From Bispira polyomma (lineage: Eukaryota): a stretch of 64,000 nt of DNA. Location: NCBI GenBank assembly GCA_965649765.1, contig OZ287760.1, positions 2,976,001-3,040,000 on the forward strand, in the 5' to 3' direction. The position numbers and the translations under genes are program-made. The notes under the pieces were generated by a model. That model made no database searches. It saw only the letters and a program-made list of their open reading frames with translations, and was not told the DNA's origin. This document shows positions 42,239-53,642 of the stretch, piece by piece (position 1 is the first letter of the stretch; every line of letters begins with the position of its first letter).

Positions 42239-44633
42239 GGGACTGTCCTCAAGGTCTTAAACCAGAGGGCAGCTGGGGCGATAGTAGTCGGTTAGGAGTC
42301 AGCTACAGTAAAGACATAGTCAATGATTTTAGTGTACATAAAAAGCCAGCAAATGTTGATGTGAGACAGATGGTCTCAAAATTGAATAGTGATAGTATAC
42401 ACACAGTGGCAGATAGTTCTGTCAGTTTTACACAAGCTAAGGAGTTGACTAGTCTGGAAGGTTTTAATGTAAATGTACTAGAAGGTGTAAAGTATCAGAG
42501 TAAAACAAAGTATAATGACAAATACTTTTATAGTAGCAAAGTAAAACCAAAAGTGGTGGACAGTTTGTTGATTCGTTCACTAAAAGATGTAATGTGCACA
42601 TTTAGGGCAGTAACTTGTGACGTCAAGGCTAGGTCATATGCAAGCATAGTTAAAACTAAACCTAGGCTAGACAGGGCACGACAAAAGACTGGGACTCAAA
42701 TGATAGCACAAAAGGTCAGACATGGAAAAGTAAACACATGTGGTGACAATGACAGAAATGATAAGTACAAGGACAAAGTACAAAAACAAAACATGGTAAA
42801 AAGGGTGGAAAGGGAAATCCCTTCCCCAAAGCCAATAAAAGAAGTAGAGAATAATGTTGGTGATGAAACCAAGTTGGTGTTTGACATAAGTGGGTTGGAG
42901 GATAAATTCATCAATTCCATTATATTTAACAACAAAACGAAATCCAAACAAGTAGAAGCAGATTGTGACACTTTTAATCAATTCAAAAAACAGACTGAAT
43001 TCCAATTTGGTTTTATTCCACTGAGTGACCCCACCCTTCCTGACAACACGGACAGTGACAATAGAAGTATTGAATGTCCAATTAAGTGACACAATGAAGT
43101 GAAAAAAGGGGGGTGTGCTAACTTTATAGGAACTCGAATACCTGTCAACTCCCAACTCAACATAGAACAATGGAAGCTAATGTTAGAGAGTTATTGGGAA
43201 AAACAACTTCTTCAATTTTTGGAATTCGGCTTCCCTTTGGGCTTCAATAGGCAGTGTAAACTTAGTAATGACGTGGACAATCACAAGTCAGCTAAGGAAT
43301 ATGCAAAAGACATTAGTGTGTACATTAATGAAGAAAAAAAGTCATGGAGCCTTAATAGGTCCATTCATTAAAAATCCAATCAAGAATGGTCACCATTCCC
43401 CATTCATGACACGGGGAATAGGCGTGTAATTATCGACCTGAGTTGGCCAAAAGGGTGTTCAGTCAACGAGGGTGTTGACAAAGATAGTTATCTGGGGGCT
43501 GATTACAAATTGAATTTTCCCACTATTGATGACTTGGCTAGGGAACTTACCAAGTTGGGTAGGGGCGCCCATATTTACAAGCTTGACGTCAGTCACGCCT
43601 TTCGACATTTAAAGATAGATCCAATGGACTACGATTTGCTCGGGTTAAACTGGCAAGGTACCTACATTGACACTTGTCTCCCCTTAAGGAGTCGTCATGG
43701 TAGTCATAAATTATATAGACGATTTTTTGAGGTACGGAACACCCACAGTAGCAAAACGTTCATTTGAGTGCTTGTATGAAATCATGGAGAAATTAGGTCT
43801 GACAATCAGTCAAAAGAAATTGGTAGCTTCAAGTACACAAGCAGTGTGCCTTGGAATACTAGTGGACACGGTGAAAGGAACTGTATCCATACCAGAAGAA
43901 AAATTTGCAGAATTTAAATCCACAGTTGTACAATGGCAAACAAAAAATGTCTGCACAAAACAACAACTCCAGTCTCTATTAGGGCAATTACTGTATATTC
44001 ACAAATGTGTGAAACCTGCAAGGTACTTCTTGAATCGCATGTTAGAATTACTCAGAAGTATTGCAAATCCCAATAGGGTTGAGTTGAGTGAAGATTTCAA
44101 ACGTGACTTAAGATGGTTTCATAAGTTTTTACCAGATTATAATGGTATATCAATATATGGTCACAAGAGGACGGAACATACACTTGAATTAGATGCTTGC
44201 TTGCATGGGTTAGGGGGGTTGCTGGAAAAACTTGGTTTATCACCTCACAATCCCGCGTAACTTCCAAAACCTAGAAATAGTCCATCTTGAAATGATAAAC
44301 ATTCTGGTGGCTTTGAGATTATTCAGAAATTACTGGCAAGGAACAAAAGTATTGATAAAATGCGATAACCGAGCAGTAGTTCATGTCCTAAACTCGGGTA
44401 AGGCCAGAGATCCGTGCTTGTCTGCCTGCGTCAGAAATGTTTGGTATTTAGCAGCCAAGGCTGACATTGACCTGCAATATGTACATGTGTTAGACAAAAA
44501 CAACAGGACTGCTGACTTACTTTCAAGATGGACAAATTCAGTGAGTAATATAACAGAATTAAAAACACTGGTGTACAATCCAATATGGTTAGAAACATCA
44601 AGAGAGTTGACACAAATAGACAACACGTTGTAA
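42227..44633 (+). pseudogene. YR-B pol (RT/RNase H)
   Basis: RRVIIDLSWP..SVN, KLDVSHAFRHL, NYIDDF, LDAC, HLEMINI, CDNRAVV and ADLLSRW. Confidence 0.92.
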
Positions 44634-44703
44634 ATATATACCATAAGGTGTAACAATTGTAATAGGAGTTAAGTAAAAATAGATACTATACTTTGTTTTG
44701 CAG

Positions 44704-45680
44704 AATCTGGAGCATTGAAAGCTTTACAAGTAGGAGCCAACAGCAGGCTGCACACAGCTTTCAGGCCCAAGACCAGGAAATGCTACCAGAGTCTGTTTAG
44801 AACATTCATTGCTTTTTGCTTGTTTGCAGGGCTAGTATTAGAAGCTCTGGAAGTAAGAAACGTCATGTCTTTTCTAAAATACTTAGTGGTAAATAAAGTT
44901 TCTGTGCATATGATTGCTAATTATGTGTCAGCATTGAAGGCCATGAGTATAGTATATGGTCTTCCTTTTCAAATGTATGATCATCCAAAAATCAAGTATT
45001 TTCTAAAATCTATAAAAATCAACAGAACACATGTAATAGTGAAAAGAAATGTGTTGGACTTTAACACGTTGGAGCAATTAATAAAGCACTGCGTTCATAT
45101 AAGTAATTCACAAATATTCAAGGCTATATTCCTTACAGGGTTCTTTGGTTTTTTCAGACTCTCGAATTTGGCTCCACATTCAGTGAAGGAGTTTGATCCT
45201 TCACGCAATTTCACGGGTGGGGATGTGTTCTTTGAGCAAGATACTGTCAAATTGTTGCTTAAGTGGTCTAAAACCCTTCAAAATAGAGACAAAGTGCAAA
45301 TAGTAACTTTGCCCAAGTTAAAATCTTCTGTGCTCTGCCCATACGTGGCCTTGAGAAATCTCTTTAAGCTATATAGCCCAGGCAAAGATGAGCCATTGTT
45401 TCAGCTTTGCACAGCTTCTGGCAGGCAGGTGGTAACGAATTCAAGGGTAAGAAAGATGTTAGTGAGATTAAATGAAAAATTGGGATGCCCTTCAAATTTT
45501 TACACGTTTCACACGTTCCGAAGTTCAGGTGCCACTCTGGCCTAACAGGCGCAGGTTCCTATACAACAAATTAAAGAGCATGGCACCTGGACGTTGGATT
45601 GCATCTGGACATATATTCAATCTAACTCAAATAGTACACAGGTAGCCACCACCTTCCAGAGACTGCTGAATGCCAGGTAA
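44704..45680 (+). pseudogene. YR-B tyrosine recombinase (one in-frame stop at 45543)
   Basis: FFRLSNL, HTFR, HGTW and IWTY. The frame opens immediately after CTTTGTTTTGCAG. Confidence 0.92.
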
Positions 45681-46129
45681 ATGCTTCTACCCCTACCAGT
45701 TAGGTTTGAGGCTTCTGTATGTATCATATTTTACTAAAATTACAAAACTTGTAAAAGTTGAGGTCAACTGAATATAGAAACATTCACATAATAAATTCAC
45801 AAGCTACACTGGTGGGCTAGTTAACCTTAAACTGCGAGAGTTTAAGTCACATTTGGTGACCACTCAAATTAAGGTCACCTTAAATTTTTCCCTAAATTGA
45901 AACTTAAAAGTTGCCTTTAAGATAAAACCTTAACTCAAATTAAGTCTGGACTTAAATTCAAAACATTGCCTTTAAGATAAAACTTAAAGTCAAACTAAGT
46001 TCAATCTTAAACTTAAATATATTATTGACCTCAGCTTAATTCTGAATGTATATACTTAGTAGTATAGAAATTTATATTCTACACTATTTTACATATATAT
46101 TTTATAAAAATAAAATTATATATACCCTC

Positions 46130-46620
46130 ATAGATGAGTTATTTCTGACTTGGGAGTGGTAGGGACTGGTAATGATTATTGGCTGAATTGTCTCCCAGGG
46201 GTAATAAGTCGCTGATATTACCCAGATTGATTTTATCATTAAAATCTAATAAATTACAGTTATCTACATTTGACATAAATATTTTAGTTATACTGTAATT
46301 GTAGTAACCTTTCTGGTTTAAAATATCTTTGTTCAACTGATATTTTTCACGTATAACATTCATACTATTACTTAGGCATGAACCACTACCCTCCATTGTC
46401 AAGTTACCACACAGCTTCTAAATGAAATTGCTGCTATTTAATATACCATTAACAAATTTAATAACCCTTTTATGCAGATACAAATCAGCAGGCAAGTCTT
46501 CAACAGTTACCAGAATATATTTACAATGTGTTTTATTTGATAGATTCAACAATGTTCTGACACAATTTCTCCATGTTGTAAATAACAATTCCCACAATTC
46601 ACAGCCATTGATAGACTCCT
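46130..46620 (-). mobile_element. Non-LTR retrotransposon 3' fragment (same type as the 25.7-kb fragment)
   Basis: GCELW..WRNCVRTLLNLSNKTHC..LPADLYLHKRVIKF on the minus strand. Confidence 0.6.
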
Positions 46621-46729
46621 AATGACACGACACGACACAACAGTTCTATTTACCTAAAACACGACACAAAAACCGTGTGCTGTCGCCCCCTGTCACTTCC
46701 TGGTTTTTCAGCAAACCTTCTATTTACCT

Positions 46730-46975
46730 AGCCAAGATTGGCTTCACCAAACGTGTTCTGTTGTGGCAATTTTCCTACACAAGCGGATGTATTTCTTTTG
46801 AAGCCAAGTTTGTATATTAATCGAAGCCTTTTTTTCAGCAACGTTAAGAGACTTTCTGTTCTGTCTGCAAAACCTACTAAGATCAAGGCTGGATAAAGAG
46901 CTTTTTCTGTTGCAGCCCATGTGTTATGGAATAGTTTCCTGGTTAGGCTTAGATCAATTGGAACACTTTTCTGGG
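46730..46975 (+). mobile_element. L2 3' fragment
   Basis: RAFSVAAHVLWNSFLVRLRSI remnant. Confidence 0.6.
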
Positions 46976-47559
46976 CAAAACACAATATCCGCTAAATCGG
47001 AACCGCACCCCTAGTTCCAGGAGCTGTTCACACGTCTTAATATATGCCAACTGTAACCCTAAAATTCCCTTCACTTCACAGGAATAATATTTTTCTAAGT
47101 CATGAAAGGCTTAAAATCAGCATAAAACTTATGTCTTGTCACTACACATTTGACAAGATAGATGATATCGGCTCATTAAGGGATGGGTCGGTGTGGGTAG
47201 GTATGGGCGTGTGTACATTGCTTGCACAAATCTAGAGGGTGGGGAGGGCATGTGTCCAGGGTGGATCACACCTCCACCCCTTCCCCCACCCCTTTATTAA
47301 ATCCCCTTTTTAGACCTACAGCAAATTTGAGCCTAATAACTAGGTTTTTAACATTGATGCTCTCATTTTTTTTACTGGGATTGGACAACTATGGGACAAC
47401 TATATTATATTTATCTAGATGTGAAGAGAGAGGGGGGAAGGGGCGGTATAGACTGGCATGCTTTATATAGTTGTTTATTACACCAGTAAAGCTAAAAGGC
47501 TTTTAAAATTTGTTTTTAAAGTAAAAAAAAACAACAAAAAAACAATTAAATTTTACAAG

Positions 47560-49440
47560 ACATTGGCTTCCTATTTACTATCAAATTTGTTTTGTTTAAA
47601 ATCTGTGTAATCCTCTCAACCTTGCAAGGTTGTGCCTGGTAATATGTCTGACCATAATTTAATATCTGTAGAGCTAGAATTAAGATATAGTCAAAAAGGA
47701 GAAAACGATTGCGGAAATTCAATAAAGATATTTTAAATGATTTAAAACACTTACCTTAATCAAAGAACTTTAAGGTAAATTTAGATAATAAAAATATCTT
47801 TTGGGACTATATCAAATGTTAAATTAGGAGTCACACAATAGTGTATGCCATTAGAAGTACAAAGCAAACAAGAAAAGATTAAATAGTAGTTCAACAGTAG
47901 CAGCTATTCAGAGTACTTGCAGTGTAAACATGAATTGAAGAATTTAATCATGAAAAAGAATAATTGTGTAATCTTAAAATCTAAAGCATACAAATACATA
48001 AGAAAATTAATAACGGATAATAATAAAGAGGTAATAACTTTGAAAGACATAATAAAAGAAGAAATGAGATTCTCTAAGAATTTATAGTCATCCAAAATGA
48101 CCTATGACAACTAGGGAAACACTTTTGAATAACTGAACAATCCCAGAATTAAGTGAATCTGATCAGCTATTATGTGAAGACCTTTTATCAATTGATGAAT
48201 GTACAAAGGCTCTAAACAAATTTTAACAAATAACAAATACCCTGGATTAGATGGTTCCACGACAAACTTTTCCAAATTTTTCTGGATAAACATTAAAGAA
48301 TTGCTCTTTGACAGTTTTCAATATTCCTAAAAAAATAAAACATTAAGTGAAGAACAAAATAGAGGTATATTAAACCTCATCCCCAAAGGGCAAAATTATT
48401 TACACTATTTGTCAAATTTGCATCCTATAAGCCTTTTGGAAACTGATTATATAATTTTGGCTAAAGCATTAGATTGCAAAAGGTTTTATCAAGTGTTGTA
48501 CGCTCAGCTACAGTGGATTATATATCTGGTATGGGGGACAGCATTTGAACGATAAATGACAAAACGACTTTTACACTTAAATATAAGATTCCAGGTTTTA
48601 TTGTTTTAATAGACTTCAAAAAAGCTTTCGATTCAATAGAATGGGATTTCCTGTTTAAAACTTTAGATAAATAGAATTTTGGTCAGCATTTTATCAACTG
48701 GATTAAAATTTTGTACACAGACATATCTTCTTGTGTTGGTAACAATGGCTTTTATTCTAAGTATTTCAAGTTAATGTGTGGAATTAGGCAGGGTTGCGTA
48801 ATATCTGCTTTACTGTTTCTACCGGTTGCTGAAGTAATAGCCATACATTTAAGACAAAATAACCATATAAAGGGACTGACAATAAATGTAAGAGAATTTA
48901 AAATTAAAAGTTGGCTGATGATACCAGTCTTTTTTTTTGAAAACATGAAATCCATTAAACTCGCAGAAAAAAATTAATGAATTTGAGAGTTTTACCAAAT
49001 GCTCTGGCTTAAAACCTAATATTGAAAATACAGAAATAGTTCCAATGTCTGTAAACACGTACACACATCCCTCAAAACCAAAATTCCTAAAGACAATTAA
49101 AATTAGGAAATGCCCTTTTAAGACACTAGTTATTTGGTTTTCAGGAAACATAAATAATCTAGAGGATAGATCCACATTTTAAAGACAGAATAGAAATATA
49201 CATTTGAAATTCTAGAAACATTTCATTGAAAGGGAGAGTAACTATATTAAAATATCTTATAATGCCACGAATTTTATTTCTCTTTAATTTAATTTATGTC
49301 CCTAACGATATTTTTGATAAAATTAAAGAATTGTTTTCAACTTTTTATGGAAAAACAAACCTGCTAAAGTAAAACAAGATACTGTAACTGGATCAATTAG
49401 CAATGGTGGGCTAAAATTGGTTGATGTGTATGAAAAAATC
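47560..49440 (+). mobile_element. L1/Tx1-clade LINE ORF2 fragment, heavily decayed
   Basis: KYPGLDG, GILNLIPK, PISLLETDY, IDFKKAFDSIEW, GIRQGCVISALLF and (L)ADDT. Confidence 0.85.
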
Positions 49441-52400
49441 TAACTTACTTTTGTTTAGTTAATACTCTCGTAAAATCTACCTACTACAATTTATTTTTGT
49501 TGATTTTTTTAATGAAAACTATTATAAATCCACCTACCTAAGGTTATACTTAGAAGAAGAAGCATTTACAAGTGTGTGACAATTTAATCTAATCTAAATC
49601 AAACTTTTATTAGCGGCTCAAATCTCCATTAAAGGTTGGATTCTAAGGCGCACAATATCATGGATCATATTCAAGTCTCGTAATGGTCCTTTTTGGGGAA
49701 GGTTGTCATATATCCCAAGGAGAGACACCGGAATGAATATGAAACTATGGAGGGTAAAGGCTTCAGCCAAAAAGTAAGGTCTTAAGTTTGCTTCAAAAAG
49801 TTTGTGACACAACAAATTGTGGCGACGATAGTTACGGTGGCAACAACAAGCTGGTATTTATTTAATAAGAGGTATATCCTTGTCAGCTTTGAATAGGCAG
49901 AAATATATCTAATATTTATAGGAAAAAGAAGTGGCTATGACTTCATTATCAGGTAGAAGGACAAAACTGAAAGAGAGGCATATCGATCAAAATGTTGTCA
50001 CACAATTCAGGAAAATAAACGGGAGGTCATAAAAAGGCATTTGACAGTCACACTTTTTTGTGTAAAATCTCAAAGTGTTCTTTCTGCTTGCCTCAATGAT
50101 ATATGAGGTTTTAGATGGATAGACTTGCAATTCCGAGCCAACATACTTATCATAACATAACATAGATGATGGATGCTTCATAATTACCTACACACCATAT
50201 CTGTTCACCATCTAGAAAATATGGCCTGGAGGTGAATATGATGAAGTAAATAAATACATTTTTTTTTACATGCAAAAACAATAGCTTCGTGGTGTGCATA
50301 CCCTGAAATGAAAATGAAACAAAACTTATATTGAACAAGGTTGTCCATGAAATTGGAATGTTGTTGAGTTTCCAGGGTGGCCTTTCATCAGCTTAGAGTT
50401 ATATCGCGACGGCCAGGAATCACATCGACCCTACAGCAAGTATACCCAACATCAAGCTTTGACTCAAAGTACCGGCTTCTAGTTCTATTTTAGTGAGAAA
50501 CAACATTGTCGGGGCCATATGTGAACACGGGTGTTTTGCCTAGTGTGGCTCGGACGACACACCACTTAAAATGGTGATGATCATCTGACCCATTGAGTTG
50601 TATCTCTCCAGTGGATTTTTTGGGGGAACATTGATATAAGCCTTGGCAAACCCATAGTTGGCTGCGCCCATGAGGAAGAGCATTTTGAACCCCCCCCCCC
50701 CCTATATTATATGTATATATGTATTGTAAAAGTATGCTTTAAACAAGTATCCTATGTTCGTTATAGTATGTTTAAAATAAAAAAAACCGCCAACTTACCA
50801 TTGTACCAGTAGTAATAAGATCAAGTAAACAGCTCATGCCTAATTACATCCTAAGCTGCAACTCCGCTGTAAAAAATGGACTAAAATATGCTCATTATAT
50901 GTATATGTATGTACTGTTGGAATAAAAAAAATATATATTTTTCCAGAAAAAAAATTCTGAATCAAAATCAATCACACATATACACAAAGCATAACTATGT
51001 ATAATTATTATTATTATTATGCATTTTTAACACGCTTTATTTGATGCCAGGCATCTTCTAAAGTGCAACAGCAGAATCAGCGATCCAATCGTAAAGCCCA
51101 TGGGCATAGCAAGGTCGTAAGGGTAGGGGGGTTAACAGCTGGTTAATGAAAAAGCAACCCACCCTGTAGAATCCGACGGCAAGGGGCGCAACTCCTTTCA
51201 CCCTTCACATGGTGAAACGTGCCTTAGCCTAATGGTACTTAATATGATTGTTTGATGTGAAATCAAGTGAGGATCAATTCTCATTTATTCTTGGTCCTTA
51301 CTTGGTTGTAACTATATAAAGTAAAGTTTGTTTATGGTTAGCCTGGTCTGAAGGCTTACTTAGTTTTCTTTAATATCAGGTGCAGGCCTGTGATGTTGCT
51401 TTTTGGGCATTCTTTTAAAAAATGGGCGCTGCCATCATAAGAAAATCATATGAAAATGGCCTTCGTGGAATCGGTTAGGGAAGAAAACCCGTCCTTCACC
51501 ACTGAGGTGTGTGTGTGGGGGAAGGTATCAGATACGCCTGAGAGTATAGATAGTGGGCCATATGAACGTTAATCTATTAAACACACTGTGTGCGTGCCTG
51601 TGTGTCTTCTTTTAAACGTCAACTCTTGTTGGAGTTACACTGTGGGCCCTAGTGGTGGTTAGAAGCGCCCGGCTTTACACAATCACACTGGCCTCTTCTC
51701 ACCGAATGTGTGGGTTTGAATCCCGTCTGTTTCCTTCATATGTGGGCTAAAGTTTTAGGCTGTCGTGGTTTTACACAGTGTCTCTTCAGCACTGGTTTTC
51801 TTTTTCACCAATTGAAATCTGGCACTCATCATAATATATGACCTGATTATAATGCCGGTGGGCGAGTTGCAAAAACGATGCCGGTGCATTTGATTCAATA
51901 AGGCTGGTCGCATAACAAATGCCCCCTGGACCAGTAATAGATGCACAGCGATTTCTGTTTGAAAATCCCCAGCAAGTTGAAAGTGATGTAAAAACCCAAC
52001 CAGAAGTGGATACTGTGTCTTTTTAAGTTCACCATTACAAAAATACACGCAAAGCGGCCTCCCCCACCCACACACACGCAAACTAAATAGGCCTTTTTAT
52101 TTTCCACTTGGCCACGTATACAGAGCATACAGGAGAGTATGTGCGGGGTAGACCCGCAGGGGATAGCTAGTTCAGTGCTACCAGTATTTTCCTTAACTTA
52201 CCTCTCTGGGGTCATAACCTTTTAACGCCTCTTATAATTGCCCAGTTTGTACCTATTGACCCCAGCTTTCCCCCCTTTTCTGCAGATCTATCACTTTTTA
52301 CATTGAAGTCAAAGAGGCAACAACGCCATCTTAAATATTTTACTTTTTTAATTATATGCTGTGATATTTTTACATGATCTCTTTTATTTTGTTTGTGGTG

Positions 52401-52651
52401 CAATTGAAGGATATGTTGATTCACCTCACTGTTGTACACACTAACCAAGGATTCACGGACTGATTGTTGCTGTGTTCAAGTGTTAACTCACACTCTTGAG
52501 TCGTGCGAATATACTACTCGTGGAGCGCTGTTAAAGGAATGTATCAAATCAAATTCTAATCACAAGTTTTCACCATTTGAATAAGATTGCAATTGTTTCT
52601 AGTATATAGGCAGGTATCAAGACACCGAGTTATTATATTTGTTTAGAGGCT

Positions 52652-53642
52652 ATGGCCCAAAGGAAACTATATGAGTGCCAAAAATGTGGCACAAGTCACG
52701 TTAAACCAATAAACGAAAACTGTTCTGGCATTGCCGCGGAGGAGACTGAGGATGCTGAAACTGATACTGAAACGCAGAACTCTGTTCAGGCCAGTGACGG
52801 TGTGGCTTCGGTCAATATTAGTATGCAAATTCTCAAAGAACTGAGAGTTCTTAGTGGACGCATAATGCTAGTCGAGCAGAAAGTCGCTCACGGCGAACAT
52901 AGAGCCCAGTTCTCGAGGGCAACCTCGAGTCTGTAGGTCCCTGTCCAGACGCCCCAGACGCAGTTAGAAGAACTACTGGTACTTACACTCCAGACACTGA
53001 GAACTTCACATTCCCCCCCAGACAGCTGTTGACTCCAGACTGAAGGAACTCATCGCAATTAACGAGTCAGGTACATGCAAATCGCAGCGTGGGGGAACAG
53101 AAACTGTCAGGGTCAAAAATAAAATTTCTTGGCCACAAAGCTACATCCTTGGGCGGCAAAACAAATCCCGTGTTTCCTATGACTCTCTCTCAATGGCACA
53201 ATGGGTGGCTGGCTTTGCCAGCATAGCCAGGGAAGAAACTAACATTGATACTAAAAACCATATGCTTGAATACTTGGCAGATCTAATGGAAGACTCACAT
53301 GACTTTTCTTGGGCTGCTGCTAAGGGCAGCCATGCTGTATTGTTATGCAAAATGGAGGAGGGAAAAGTGTCTTGGGGGGACTCCCATAAATTAGATCGCA
53401 TTCGAAGGGCTCACGCCCAAAAAGTTATGACTCAAAATTACAATAGTAGTAGCAATCCCAAGAAAAGTCATGACAAAGCCATTCCATGCAGGTATTACCA
53501 GAAAGGAACTTGCCCCCAGAAAGGGGAACATGAAACTAGGGGGGTTACATATAGCCATGTATGCAGCGAATGTTTCAAGACGGGGCGCTCTTACCCCCAT
53601 CCCAGCAAGGACTGCCGAAAGAATCCCACAAAAAACGAGTAA
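52652..53642 (+). pseudogene. YR-C gag-like ORF
   Basis: CQKCGTSHVKPINENC, KSQRGG..WPQ, MEDSHDFSWAAAK and CRYYQKGTC..HVCSEC..HPSKDC. Confidence 0.87.

Larger units (their letters stand above)
40880..46040 (+). mobile_element. YR-B: DIRS-order (Ngaro/PAT-like) tyrosine-recombinase retrotransposon, decayed; 3' end lost or interrupted
   Basis: gag 41121-42238, pol 42227-44633, YR 44704-45680, palindrome array 45756-46035. Outer boundaries are approximate. Confidence 0.9.

Noticed and set aside
42667-43170. Antisense ORFs within the YR elements (also 6154-6540)
   Set aside because: Not conserved among the three copies and lacking recognisable motifs; they are shadows of the sense ORFs.
49575-50330. 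Possible additional LINE 3' fragment on the minus strand
   Set aside because: A tail-like AATAAA plus short repeats and a CxC remnant are present, but it is too degraded to classify.
50365-50395. Hammerhead-like CTGATGA..GAAA on the minus strand
   Set aside because: The stem II closing pair is mismatched and stems I and III cannot be formed convincingly.
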